A stretch of DNA of 64,000 nucleotides. Origin: Carcharhinus amblyrhynchos. Lineage: Eukaryota. Both the position numbers and the translations under genes were made by a program. The notes under the pieces were generated by a model, which saw only the letters and a list, made by a program, of their open reading frames with translations, had not been told where the DNA came from and did not search any database. Of this stretch, positions 13,551 through 27,100 are shown one piece after another. The stretch is taken from positions 46,190,001-46,254,000 of the forward strand of contig OZ336879.1 in assembly GCA_965287045.1 (NCBI GenBank), in the 5' to 3' direction. Each line of letters opens with the position of its first letter. The first letter of the stretch is position 1.

Positions 13551-15279
13551 TATGGTTGATCTATACCTCATTTTTATTTGCTCACTTTTTGTTTGCGCTT
13601 TTTACTAAAAAAAGTCAGTCTTGGAAATCTCAGTTGACCCAGCATCCAGCCTTTTGAGGGAATAGCTTACAGATTTCTGCTACTTTTTATTTCTTGATTT
13701 CACTACTAAATTCAACTTTACAATTATACCTCTTGCTTGTGAATTGTCTTACCAAAGGAAATAATTTCACTTTCCGTACTATATTAAATCTCATTTCATC
13801 ACTTTTTCCACCCTCTAAATTTGAAGGAATAGAAATCAAGTTTGTGTGGCATATCAATATAATTCAATTTCTTATGCCCTAATATTATTGTGGTGAGTTT
13901 GCATTTTACCCCTTCAAGGTCAATGCATCTTTTATGAGGTGGTAGAAGAAAATGTAGCATTTATTCCTTCCCAGCAACAACTCATCAATAATGAGATAAA
14001 TGACCAGTTAATCTGCTTCTTTATTTTATTGGTTGTTGGCTTGGACACCAGAAGATCCATGGCTTTGCTTAATGTTTCAATTGTAGGTAAGTTTTGGTTT
14101 TCTGATGTACATAGCGTGCACTGTAGCTGTGGTTAATGCCTCATGATTTATCAGAAGTTGGTACAACATGCAAACTCCAAAGATTTGCACCAATAAATAC
14201 TGTATTAAACTGTATTCCCACTAGAGGGAGCTATAAGTAATAAAATTAAGTTGCAGAGATGAAGTTTCAGGCTGCCTTCATCAAAGGTTATTTGTGCTAC
14301 CACAAATAAACGTAATTGCCCAGAATGTACAGGAAGCTTTTGGTAGGAATACGATATAAGGGCATTGCACCCTTCCCCCACCCCCCTTGCCCCAAGGAAA
14401 CTTGTGGGTAATTTACACCAGGTTTGTGTCAAATTGCAACACTTCAGAGGTACCACCGCCACTGCTTACTTACATAACTCTGGCTATTGGTAAGTCCAAT
14501 GCACTTAATACCAGTAAAGTGCTGGTGTGGATCTAAAACAAAAACTGTCATCATCTGGCATTAGTATCACAGACTTCTCGAGTTTGATAGCAAATTTATG
14601 TGTACTTCTTAAGAAAAAGAATTCTTGCTTTTCTGCACTGTGTTCGACAAATGTTATCGGTATCTCAAAGCCCTTATTGACTACATGGTGAGAAGAACAA
14701 AGCAGCTGAAATGGGCTTCCTAATGAACATACCCTGTCCTGTTTATTAATTTAGGAGGGATAGGAGCATCAGAGACAAGAGGTTATGAGAATTTGCAGAA
14801 GACACTATTAACCTTAGTAGCTACGCAGCAGGGTACTTGTTTTAGGCTGGTTTTTATGTTCTGACATTCATAAATGAACTCTGCAGGCATGTTGAGCAGA
14901 AATTTCCATTGGAGAATTGTGCAAATTCCAGTGCGATTTGAAAGCAATTGAGACCCCGGCAATTAAATGCCAATGAAATGAACTGAGATGTTCAGACATT
15001 GAGTAGATTCCTATCTTCTCAGTTACAGCACTTTCCCCGGCTGCCTTAAAACACAAGTTGTTAGTCTTTTAGGTTAGCTATTTTTCTAGCACTGATTCAT
15101 CATTGCAATGGACTGATATTAGCTGGGCTGTTTTTTCCATCACGATGTGCCAAATTATTGTAGTGAAAGTAAAAGGTCCATGAAGTTAGTTCATTCTAGT
15201 TTCCTGTAGAACTGGCACTTGAACAAATAATGACCTTATTTTTCCAGAAGTTGTTCGACTAGTAGACCAAGATGGGCAA

Positions 15280-16170
15280 CAGGTTGAATTTCCCCATCCT
15301 CAAAGATGGTGAAATCCAAAGCATTTATGCAAAAGACAAGGCCAGAGCATTTGCAGTCTTCAAGCAAAAATACAAGTGGTTGATCCATCTCAACATCCTC
15401 CTGAAAATCTCAGCATCACACACACTAGTATTCAGCAAGCGTGGTATCAAGAAATGGCCAAGTGCACTGGACACAGCAAAACTCTACAAGCCCTGATAAC
15501 AGCCTGCTGTAAGTCTGAAGGTCTGTGCTCTAGAACTAGTCAGACCTGTAGCAAGCTGTTCCAGTCCTCAACAAGGCAGGTATCTCCCTAAGAATATGGA
15601 AAATTGCCGAGGTTTGTTCACAAAAAGCAAGTCAAATTCAATCTTGGCAGTTGCCATCATAGCAACCCTGGTCAACAAATTGTTGGAAGGGTGTTGATGA
15701 CAGAGTTTACCAATAATCTGTGCACTGATGTTCAATTTGGGTTTCAACTGAACCATTTACCTTCACACCTCATTAAAACCGTCATCCAAGCATGGATGAA
15801 TGAGTGATTCCTGAGGTGAGGTGAGAGTGACTGCCATTGACAGAGTCAGTGTTTAATTAACTGTGGCACCAAGGAACCCTACTATAGGTCAATGAGGATC
15901 AGAGCAAACTTCCCCAGTTGGAATCATACTGAGCAAAAAGGAAGATGGTTGTGATTATTGGAGGCCAGTCACCAGTTCAGAACATTGCTGTGTCCTCGAT
16001 CTAGTGACTGCTTCATCAATGTCTTCCCTCCATCATTAGATCATAAGTGAGTCTCTTCATTGATGATTACACTTGTGTTCTATTTGCAAATCCTCTTATA
16101 ATAAACTAGTCTGTGCATGCATGTAGCAAAATTTGAATAGCATTTGGGCTTGGGTTGATAAGTAGCATTC
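15280..16170 (+). mobile_element. Degenerate LINE RT region (same family as 10080)
   Basis: ORF 15272 (FPILKDG..YAKDKARAFA) parallels ORF 10632 (LNDGGAQCIGAKGEAEAFA); QFGF motif in ORF 15604. Confidence 0.65.
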
Positions 16171-18681
16171 ACGTCACAGTCTATAATTTGGTGACTTTTA
16201 TGGCTTCAGGCTAAATTTGGTGGTCTTTTGGCGGTCCGGATGCTTCTGATTTAAAGGTGTAGATGGCTGATTTGACTCTTCAGGTGACAGTGCTGAGTTA
16301 AATTATTTTTCAGAAGTTGCTGTCTGCAGTAGGGGTGGCCCTAAATGGTCAACAAACAGGGTTTGAAGCTTGCAATGTGAATTGAAGAAAGTGGGAAGAC
16401 CGAAGGGCTTTGTGTAGCTCTTATTAGAAAATTAGCTACTTGTCCTCTTCCTGCAGAGAGATCAGATGTTAAAACATGCAAGTGTGGACCTATCACATGG
16501 CTGTCACCTAGTAAATCAAATATAGTCATGATGGTATTCCCTCTTATAACTTAAATCAGTTCATGGCTGGGAATCCCCTTTCTCAACCATTGTTCAAGTG
16601 ATAGGGTTTTAGCATGTTCCCATTGTAGCTTCTTGAGTTCATGTCTGGCAGCTCTCCATTGATTACCTAAAGTGATTGCCTTGATGCCTTGTTAATGAAT
16701 ACATGAGTCATTTGTATATTCTCCTGATGCTTTTGTACTTGACGGGTCTTTGCAGTTGCAGTATCTCCATCTCAGTGGAGTGTACAGTCGTGCAAATTGG
16801 GTAGACCTCAAGTTACGCTTAGTTTCAGTTTGGTTTTCTAGTTGGTGGAGTAAAATCTTATTTGGCAAAGCATGTTTTCACAAAAGTGATCCAGGTTGGA
16901 TCAACCAGCTCTGGTGCTGAATGGCTAAACTAGTCGTCCACCACATCGGTTCATATCTGCATTCCTCACCTTTATTGCAAAAGATATGTTGATCTATTCT
17001 GATTGGAGTTGACCCTGGATATTGTACGACGTTAGTGCAGAGTATTTTGGGGAAGGAATGTATTGAGTTGTTGAAATTTAATGAGATACTTTTGCATGTA
17101 GAAGTTTTGGCTGGAATATCAGAGCAGTTTCCTTGGAGTGTGTTTTTAAAAAGAAAGTGATGTGGAAAAATAACTGGAAACAATCCAAATAAATACTTCC
17201 CATGAAATTTCTCATGTGAAAGAGCTGCTAAAGATCCTCTACTATGTTGTTTCAAATCTGCATGTTATGACCCCCGTTTCAGCTTGTGGTTTGTTTTCTG
17301 GTCTAACGGAACTGACCCATTGAGAGTTTAGAAAGTCAGGACTATCGGTCACAACTGGACTGTTAAATTTTTAGAAACATTTCCCTTCTATCCAAAGGTT
17401 TGTTGCTATGGACAATTTTTTTTAACTACTTCACTATTCCTTAATTTTTTAATGTTAACGTTGTGCTCGTCCTAAAGCAAGTTTTATTTTAATGTAATCA
17501 TATTAGCTAATACTTCCAATTTGCTAAATTCAATACATTTCACAGATGTCCAAGAAATCCTAACATGAGAGAACAAAAAAATGCAGTTTCAAGTGGTGGA
17601 TTTTAAAGTTAAAATTTAATATAAGCTGCGTAAATTTAATCTTGATAGTAATTACAAATCTTAGTGGTGCAATACCACTGGTCTGAATTTCGATATTTCA
17701 GACTTGTAAATAACACTTGCCGTTGCTTTGTGTGTAGGTTTATTCAACGCCAAGTATTTTGGTTGCCTTAAGGGAGGATTCCCTCTCATCATTGGCTGCA
17801 GCGAGGCCTAGCAATGCTGTTTGTGCTGGCAAAAGTTATGAGCGACTCTGACTGCGGCCTTCAGTTACTGCACCAGAAAAGCTCCTGCTTCAATGAAAAG
17901 ACATTGAAAAATCATATCTAGTAGACATGATTTTTTACAAAATTAAAAATGCTAACATGATTGTTCAGAATTAAGAAGTAAACTTTAATGCAATAATATT
18001 GATCAGATAAATAGTTTAAAAAGAATTGGGCAAAGCAAGCCTTATTAAATTAGTGCTATATTTTAAAACCATGTATGCCACCACCCTTCTTCTGTGCTTT
18101 ATACAAGAATCTTGAAAGTTCATTTACACTTTTCCTGAGACACAAAGGTAGCTCCACCCTGAAAGCAATCCTCCAAAATCTCATCTATGGAATTCTCAGT
18201 TTAAACTTCAGCTTCATTGCATTCTTGCTAAGGTATTTAAACATCTTGAATATCCCTAATTGCCCTTTATGTTCCTAAAGTACAATCGTTGGTCCCTGCA
18301 GATACTCAGCCTCCTGCAGATGCTTTCTCTGTTCTTTGTTCTAAGCTGACTACTTACAAGCTAACTACAAACTACCTTTTATCACAAAGCTTTGAGGTTA
18401 TTTCTTCTGGCTTTGAGCTCAGCATATTTTCCAGGTTTTTCCTGAAAAATTCCAAACTGAGCTTGAGCCTCACCCGCGTTCCACACAGCAAACAATAAAG
18501 TATCTTCCCTGTCTCTGATGCAAACCTGATTAATAATTATTTCCTTGACTCTCCCAACTTTGAGTTGGTGTCCACATCTAGCCAAAACTGCAACTGCATT
18601 CTTTGAGAAGCCCCACAGCCCATCTCCATAACAAGGAGGTATGCTTTGGGATGGTCAAACAGATGCAAGTTAATTGGACAA

Positions 18682-19005
18682 TATAGAACAGGAGTAGGCC
18701 ATTCAGCCCTTCAAGCCTGCTCCATCATTTGGTAAGATCATGGCTGATCTAACAATCACTAAGTCCACTTTCCTGTCTTATCCCCATAACTACTGATTAA
18801 AAACCTATCGTTTTCAGTGTGAAAAATGTCCAAGGACTTGGCCAACATAGCTTCCTGGGGTTAAGAAAAACTATTCACCACTCTTTAAGAGAAGAAATGT
18901 TTCCTCAAATCTAGCTTAAATGAGCACCTCTTTATTCTATGATTATACCCTCTGATCTGCCCTCTCCCATGAGTGGAAACATCCTCTCAACATTTATCCT
19001 GACCA
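18682..19005 (-). mobile_element. Old CR1 3' end
   Basis: AGGAGTAGGCCATTCAGCCCTTCAAGCCTGCTCC..AAGATCATGGCTGATCT is homologous to the young CR1 3' UTR. Confidence 0.8.
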
Positions 19006-21247
19006 ACCCTCTTTACTTTTACCTTCAGCACAACTTTTTGATTTTGTAACACATGAAAGAGTTTCATGATCTCTCTCTCACTTCCTGACCCTGTTAAATA
19101 CTCTTGCTTACAACCAAGTTTCAATTTCTTTTCATCTGGAACTACATAAACAATTTAGATCTTGTACTGAAGTAAGGGTAGACCATCTGGCTCCATTACA
19201 AGCCTGATGATGTCATTCATTGTTTAAGCTTTACACTTCTACCTCTGACCTTGAAGATAAACATAGATTAGCTTTTACTTATAGTTCACTCCAAGCTTGT
19301 TTGAGTTGTATTCACTTGATGTCCACCAATTTCTTAATCAGATAATTCTTCCATTATTGAAACTTTAAATCTCATGAATCAGTTTCTCACACCAAAGCTA
19401 AAAAGTCATAGACTTACTTTTTTGAAAAGGTTTATCTTCTTTATAAAGGATTTCATGATAAAGCGATCTGTTTCTCCAAAGATGTGCGGGTTAGGTTGAT
19501 TGGCCATGCAGGCTGTATGGGCCAAATGGCCACCTTCGGCACTGTAGAGATTTTATGTTTTAACTTCTACAATGGTATAACCTTCCTCATTTGAGTATTT
19601 ACCAATTGAGAGAAGGCTCCTTCTGCGTGAAAGTGTAACTAATTTGTATTTAGTGGTCAATTAACCAAAATCTGCCACCTTCTATGCTTGTCATTTGAAG
19701 CAATGAATTCTTGGGAGTAGAGTTGGTTGGCCCACTGCCTCACCAACATCCAGTTAGAGATGAATACTGAGTGCATAATCTTTACTGGCACCACAAAATC
19801 TAGCCCATTTTTTGTTTCACGGATTCCTTAAGGATGTCCAAGCGTGTTCATTGGCCAAGTTCTATTTATACCATGAAACTTTGGTGATCTTAAAGTTTAA
19901 AACCATGCTCTCAATTTTCACAATCATGAAATTGTTGTTGATTTTGGTGCTCTTTGCATTTATTTATTAATGAAGTAGCGCTACTGGAGCAACTTCAAAT
20001 GGAACAAGCCAGCAAACAAATATAACCCTTCTAGTGTGCCAGGTTGGTCAAGGCCGGAGGCTGCAGTTTGGGCACTCTTTAATCAATGCCTGCATTTTAC
20101 AAACATAATTTTGACCCAGTGAGTCATCCTTTGTTTTTGTTAGTCCTCTTTAAAACACCCACTTTGAAGACTTCCTTTGGCAAGCCTGCTTAAGACCTGA
20201 TTTCACTTCTGTCTTGACTTGTCTTTTATTTCTTGAAATCCTTGCCATGATGAACAACTGCAAATTTGAAGACTTTATTAAGAATGTGTTAAGTTTCTCC
20301 ACAAGCCAGTCCAAACTCTACCATTTCCTCATAACGTATTCCTGATACTTTGTTCATCTATATCTTACCAAATGTAATAACTTTTTAAATTAGGTGACCT
20401 GACCTGTAGATCTTTTGTCATGCAGAGGAAATAGCTTAAAGACGAACAGTGCAAGCTGTTCCAATCAGTGCTCCTGTATGGTGTCCAATGTTGTTCCTTT
20501 ATTGTAAACGCAGCATTTTCTAATTCTCCCACTACAAAATTTTCTGACCAGTCTTGTCCTTATTAGACATACCTACTTCATATATGCCATTGAATGTAGT
20601 AGTGTAGCTGGCCTTCATTCCATTCTGTGAGTGTTAAACTTCAATAATTTACTTACCCAATATGTATTTTCCTTATTGGTTTACTAGTTTATACATACAC
20701 TGGAATTAGGAAATAGGGCAAGTTTGGCATGAGTTCTTACGCAGCAATCATAGTCATGTTGAATAAATTCAGTCATCAGTGGTTCAATTGTTATGTTGGC
20801 TGAAAAACAACTTGAGATGTGTGGTGTTAGAGGAATTATAGTTCTAACCTATTGTTAAGAATTTGTAGCGGTTTGGGGGAGGTGGAATGCACTTCGGAGA
20901 GAGATTATTTTTAACTTGAGAGAATTACATTGATTGTGACCAGTAAGGATTCTATACCCCTGACAAAAGAGGGCCTGAAAAGAAGAAAGTTTAATTGCTT
21001 TTATGTCCTTTAATTTTTTAGGTGGGACTGGCTAAACTTGTATAACTTCTAAAGAAGAAAAATGAATATTTAGCCCACTGAAAAACATGATTGCTGTTGT
21101 TGTGATATAGTCTATAAAGTTTGGAAATGTTTGTAATTCCGTATTACTTGATTAATTTTGAGTGTTTAGTGAGTGCTTGATTTCAAACTTGTATTTGTAC
21201 ATTTGTAGCCTGTGATTTGGTAAATTGTGCCTTTTTGCATAGATGGT

Positions 21248-23102
21248 GGCTGCGATTCTCCCAAATTGGGACCCAGTGTCCACGCCAGTGGAAAAGTGGG
21301 AGTTTCCCATTGACGCTGGCAGCGTCAGTCAGTTGGGATTCACCCACCTGATAGGTGCAAATTTGTGCATCCCGAGCAACCTGTTCACAAAGATGTCTCG
21401 ATCACCATGCTTGGAGACAGGTCCCCGTCTCCTCTTTCCATACTGTCACCCCTCCAATTCTGATCAGGGTAGCAACCACCAAACCCTCACCAGAGAAGCA
21501 TCCTCCACGTACCCTCACCCAACCCACAAATAATAGGTCACCCCTGCACACCACACAACATGAAGGTGACCCACCACCCCACTCATCCCCTATCCCACTT
21601 AAAACCTCCATTTAGCCCCTGCTTCTCTATTTGGACTCCATCCATCAAGTCCCACACCTTGGCATTGCCAATGGTACACTGCCCCCTGGCATTCTGACAC
21701 TGATACCCTGGCCTGGCACTTTAGTCCCCAAGGATAGTCAAGGAGGTACATCCAGTGCCATTTGCCCCTCTACTGCTGGCAGGCTGCAGTCGGAGGGTCA
21801 TGGGGATTGGGCAGGCTCAGGCTGGGGCTAAGGGATTGACCTTGCCCTCTCCCCAGGATGGGGGATTTGTGGCTGCACTTCCCCTTCTAGCCTGGGCGAA
21901 TTTGAAGATCAACCCTGGCACAGGGATTTCACACTAAGAAGTCTCACAACACCAGGGTAAAGTCCAAAAGGTTTATTTGATAGCATGAGCTTCCAGAGCG
22001 CTGCTCCTTCATCAAGTCTTGAATCACTCACCTGATGAAGGGGCAGTGCTCTGAAAACTCATGATACCGAATAAACCTGTTGGACTTTAACCTGATATTG
22101 TGAGACTTTTAACTGTGCTCACTCCAGTCCAAAGCCGACATCTCCACATAATGGCAATTTCAGGCAGCTCTGGGATCAACATTTTCATTTTTGATGTGAA
22201 AATTTTGAGATGGCCTGGTCACTTTAATCTCCATGTACCCTGTTCACTTGGCAGGCCTTATATAACACTGCTGCATTCCATTCTGCAGCATGGATTCTAT
22301 CAGAACCTATAGGTGTGAGGTAACCTCCTTGAAGTCTCCTGAAAGAGAGGAGTTTCACCTGAGGGGGGGGGGGGGGGGGTCCATTCTCCACAACTGTGCA
22401 CTCAACTCCAATGTATTCACACAGCTTTTATTTGAAGTCTGAGAGCCTCCCTAGCAAGCTGAAACCTTTGAAACCCTCTCTATTGCATTGGAATCTTTTG
22501 ATATCTTATCAATTTCAAAGTGCAGTGCTTTGAAACAAGCTTCCATTGACCGCTTAATGGATTTCTGCTCAGCCTCCAGTCAACTATTTGTTTTCACTTC
22601 CTTCATGCTTGAATGCATCTGAAGTACCTCCATTGTTCCTAACTGCAATGGTTATGTAGACTCTAAGCCTGATTGACAGCTGTGGCTTCTTCAAGGGAAT
22701 AAGCAGTTTAACTTCCTGTTTTGCAGATAACTATTATTTTACCCCCACAGGGGAGGGGGTGGGAGTGATGGTCTGTTATTTGAGTGATGGCAGAGAGGGT
22801 GCCCCTCAGGATTGAGCATAGCAAGTGCACGCTAGTCATTTCCAACATCAAAGCTCTCCAGCAAGAAATGCATGGGGTGAGCTATGTGAATGATTTGGGG
22901 GCGGGTGTGGTGAATGAGCCATCAAACCCATTGATCACAATTAGTGGGTTTGCATAAACATCAGGTTGCCACCTGCTATGGGTGGGAACGTGATCAGGGC
23001 TGCCAGGCCAGAGTTTAGTGCCAAACCCGTTATTTGCTGATGCTCAATTCTCCAGGCCATTGCGATTCCTGCTGGCAGCAAGCAGGCCCAGAGAATCCTT
23101 CC
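21248..23102. mobile_element. Possible degenerate Harbinger-like non-autonomous DNA element with nested inserts
   Basis: Ends GGCTGCGATTCTC and GAGAATCCTTCC form a short imperfect inverted pair; GC-richer interior; similar ends recur at 35030-35047 and 35895-35909. Confidence 0.35.
21936..22150. mobile_element. Penelope-like element remnant in inverted (palindromic) arrangement
   Basis: Arms at about 21937-22016 and 22029-22109 are reverse complements; they contain CTGATGAAGG..GAAA and AATAAACCTGTTGGACT, which I recognise as vertebrate PLE terminal-repeat sequence. Confidence 0.75.
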
Positions 23103-24539
23103 AGGTGTTTCCTGTCTTGTGATTTGGAATTGTCTCTTCAAAAATGAATTAGCAGTTTGCCATGCACTTGAATGCAGTGAAAATGTAAGCGGTCTGTAGG
23201 AGTTTCATCAGACATGTTTTAACAGTTTTAGGCCAATAGAGTTCTTAGTGCATTTTTTTTAAGACTCAAGATCATGAATAGCTGTTATATTGTTGGCAGA
23301 TTCCAGGGGCATGGATTAAACCAATTTACTGCACTTCTTCAATACGTTTATCTTGGAAAACTTGAATGTTCTTTTCAGGTATCTTATTCCCCACACATTT
23401 TTATACAAACTTTCCTGCTTTGCTTGCTGATATTGCTTCCTGCTACTGCAGTTCATCCATTTGTAATGAAGATGGAACAGGTGATTTGCGGTTTTTTCCA
23501 CAGACATTTACTGTTTTAATTTCTTAACTGGGCAGGAGATGCATTGCTGCATTGTATTCTGCTGCATTTCATGAGCCAACTATGAATTGTTGGAATTTGC
23601 AGAACAAGGGAACTTATTTTAAATCGTTATGGAGAAACTAGCTATTTGTACAGGACCTGCATTAGTACTGCTAGCCACTTTTTTTTGTTTTTGAACACTG
23701 CCACAATGCGTATTTTTATATAGCAAATTTTCGAGTAAGCAAGTGTCCCAACATGCTCAAGAGGCGTGGTGAAAAAAACAGGTAATTGAGCCAAAATAGA
23801 TGATTATGAAGAGTGCCTAAAGCCTTGGACATAGATATGGTTTCAAGGAAGGGGTAGAGATGAACTGATGGAAGGGTTTGGTAGAGATTGGGAGCTTATT
23901 CATTCATGGGACATGGGTGTCACTGGTTGGCCAGCATTTATTGCCCATCCTTAGTTGCCCTTGGAGGGTAGTTGAGAGTCAACCATATTGCTGTAACTCT
24001 GGAATCACATGTAAGCCAGACCAGGTAAGGATAGCAGATTTCCTTCCCTAAAGAGCTAACTGACTGATAATGCACCAATGCTAATTGAGCAGATGACTGT
24101 CTGATTTCAGATGATTAAATTTGCAATTTTATGTGTCTGCTTGTCTAGGAATGACTAGCCGATTTTTATACCTTTTGCTGGTTTTGTGCATAGCAACTAT
24201 GTTAAAATAAGTGAAAGCACCATTTAAGTTTTTTTCTTCTGAGGACTGCTGTCTTCTCTACTTTGCAACTAAAGAGTCTGTAAGGCCTTCTGTGATGTTG
24301 CTAATATCAATTGTATTTGTTTTATGATTGACCCACAGAAGGCATAACTTGACTTAGTAGTGAGTTGCAGTCCCTCTAGTGACTTGATAAGAATTGCTTA
24401 AAGAAATTGGTACCTACTATGTTTGTGCTCAAACTCTCTTCATTCTAGACTTAATATACTCTGTTCTTTGTATTGCTGCCAGTGTGATTGCTATTATTCA
24501 ACTTGAGCATAAAAATCGAGGCCAGTATGTCACTATGGG

Positions 24540-24847
24540 AACATTGCAATGTCTTGGGTGCTATCTCTCGGATGCAACATTAAACTACCTGTTTGATTGG
24601 AAGTAAAATGTTTCAGCTTCATTATTTTAAAAAAGAGCAGGGAGTTATTTGTGGTGTATTTATAACTGGGAGTCATTCCTTATCCTTCAACATTGCAAAA
24701 ACATATAATATTGCTGTTTGTAGGAGTTTAAGTGCAAATTGGCTGCCCCATTTCCTACGTTACAACAGTGACCACTCCATTGAAAGTATTTTGTTGGCTG
24801 TTTGAGACATCTGCTGGTCATGAAAAGTGCTAATTAAATGCAAGTAT
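24540..24847 (+). mobile_element. Deu-domain (SacSINE1-like) SINE remnant
   Basis: AAATTGGCTGCC.CATTTCCTAC.TTACAACAGTGAC..TTGGCTG..AAATGCAAGT tail; homologous pieces at 29970-30340 (+), 43000-43110 (-) and 55910-56010 (-). Confidence 0.65.
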
Positions 24848-25339
24848 TTTTTGATTTTTAAAATATTGTTGTTCTTTAATTTGTGGGGTACTTAACTTAT
24901 GTATCTTTAATATAGGAAATATCCCATACCATTTCATCAAAAATAGTAATTGAACCAAAGTATTAAGGAGGGCTTTAAAAAGGGAGAGGAAGGTAGCGAG
25001 ATGGAGATGTATAGACAGTGAATTCAAGGACATGGGGCTTAGGCAGTGTAGATGCCTTTGGTGTTGTGGTGACAGATCGGAGGATGCTGTGGAGGTGTGG
25101 GATAAAGAGATCAAAAAAGTTGGGATGGGGCGAAGGGCACCGCTAAGTGAGGGTGTTGCACTCAGGTTAGAGTAATTTAGACAAGGATGTGAATTTTAAA
25201 TTTAATAAGCTGTTTGTAAGCTGGCAAGGACAGATTGTTTTGCTTTGTTATCGGGAACGACATTTCAGATGAGCTGGGATTTTGATTGTAGAGGTAGTCA
25301 GGTCCCTTTCAAAACTGATAACTGAAAATATAAATGAAA

Positions 25340-27100
25340 TAAGGAAATGGCTGGCGTATTGAATAATTATTTTGTGTCAAAATTTACAAGAGGAAGAGGA
25401 TAGAAGTTTACAAGCGATATCAAGATCAACACGAAAGAATTAGTTACGTTGTGGAAAAGAGAGTGGGCAGGAGCAATGCAGGCCTTTTGAAAACTGATAT
25501 TTTCAGTAAAGTTAAGGAAATAGTGGCATGTTGAATAATTGCCTGCATCAAAATTACAGTAGAATAGGTTAGCTTGCAGGGCATCCTAAAGCAATATGTT
25601 AAATAAGGGTCAGGGCCTCACTACTGTTATTTCGGTTAATGAAGAAAAAAATGGCATTAAGAATGACACATCCCCTAGGACCAGATGGCATCCATTTTAG
25701 GTTTTTAAAAGAGGAAATTGGAAACATTGTAGATGCCCTAACTATAATTTTCCAATGTTCTCTTGATTTAAGGGAACATTCCTTTAGATAGGAAAATTTT
25801 GCAAGTGTGTTAACAAATTGAAGCTCAAAAAATTGAAGATAAATTATTGGCGTAGTTAGGAAATTGGATTGAGGGCAGGAGGCAGAGTGGAGATAATAGG
25901 CTCCTCCAGGCAGCCCATTGATTACCAATAGGTACTCTAATTGACTGGACGCAACTAGAGGTGTCCTGCAAGGCCTGAACTATTCACCATATTTATGAAT
26001 GACTTCCAAGCTTGCCAATGACACAAAGATACATAAGAGTGACCACCACACAGTCCTCTTAGAGATGAAGACCCACCTTCACATCTAGGATACACTGCAT
26101 CATGTTGTGTGGCACTACTAGCCTGTTAAATGGGATTAACTTTGAACAGATGTAGCGACTCAAGACTGAGCATCCATGAGGCACTGTGGGCCATCAGCGA
26201 CAGCAGAATTGTACTTGACTAGAATCTGTAACCTTGTGGCTTGACGTATCCCCCAATGTGTCACCAGCAGTACAGACACAGCAGAGGTGGCGGCACAGTG
26301 ACATAGTCAGGTGGCATTGTTCTGGGAATCCTGATCATCGGCTCTAGATCCCATGAAGTCTTAAGGCACTGGGTCAAACATGGGCATAAGTGCCAGGCAA
26401 TGATCAACTCCAACAAGAGAAGATCTAACCATCACCCTTGATATTTAGTGGCATTACCATTGCTGAATCCCTCGTTATCAACATTGACCAGAAACTGAAC
26501 TGGACTAGCCATATAAATACTGTGGCTCCCAGAAACAAGTCAAAGGCTAGGAATTCTGTGGTGAGTAACTCACCATCTGTAGCTCAGCCTGTCCACCATC
26601 TGCAAGGCACATGTCAGGAGTGTAATAGAATACACTTCACTTGCCTGGATAAGTGCAGTTCCAACAACACACAAGAAGCTGCACACCATCCAGGACAAAG
26701 GAATCCCTTTGATTGCAACCCCTTCCACAAACATTCACTCCCCCTTCGACTGATGAACAGTGGCAGCCATGTGTACCATTTACAAGATGTGTTGCAGGAA
26801 CTTACCAAAATTCCTTGCGCAGCACCTTCCATACCCACAACCACTACCAACTAGAAGGACAAGAGTAGCAGATACCTGGAGGTTCCCCTCCATCTCACTC
26901 ACCATCATGACTTGGAAATATATCACCATTCCTTCACTGTTGTTGGGTCAAAATTCTGGAATTTCCACCCTAACATGTACATACACCTCAAGGACTGCAG
27001 TGGTTCAAGATGGAAGCTTGTCTCCACCTTCTGAAGAGTAACTAGGGATGGACAATAAATACTGGCTAGCAAGCCACGCTCATGTCCTGTAAATGAATTT
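25340..27100 (+). mobile_element. Degenerate CR1 fragment (25340-26030) followed by second-family LINE fragments
   Basis: GGACCAGATGGCATCC (GPDG.HP) near 25678; the IDQKLNWTSHINTVA motif in ORF 26438 is typical of a LINE RT C-terminus. Confidence 0.6.

Noticed and set aside
18382-18585. Coding-like minus ORF (..EKPGKYAELKARRNNLKAL)
   Set aside because: No recognisable motif or convincing splice pair; possibly an old transposon fragment.
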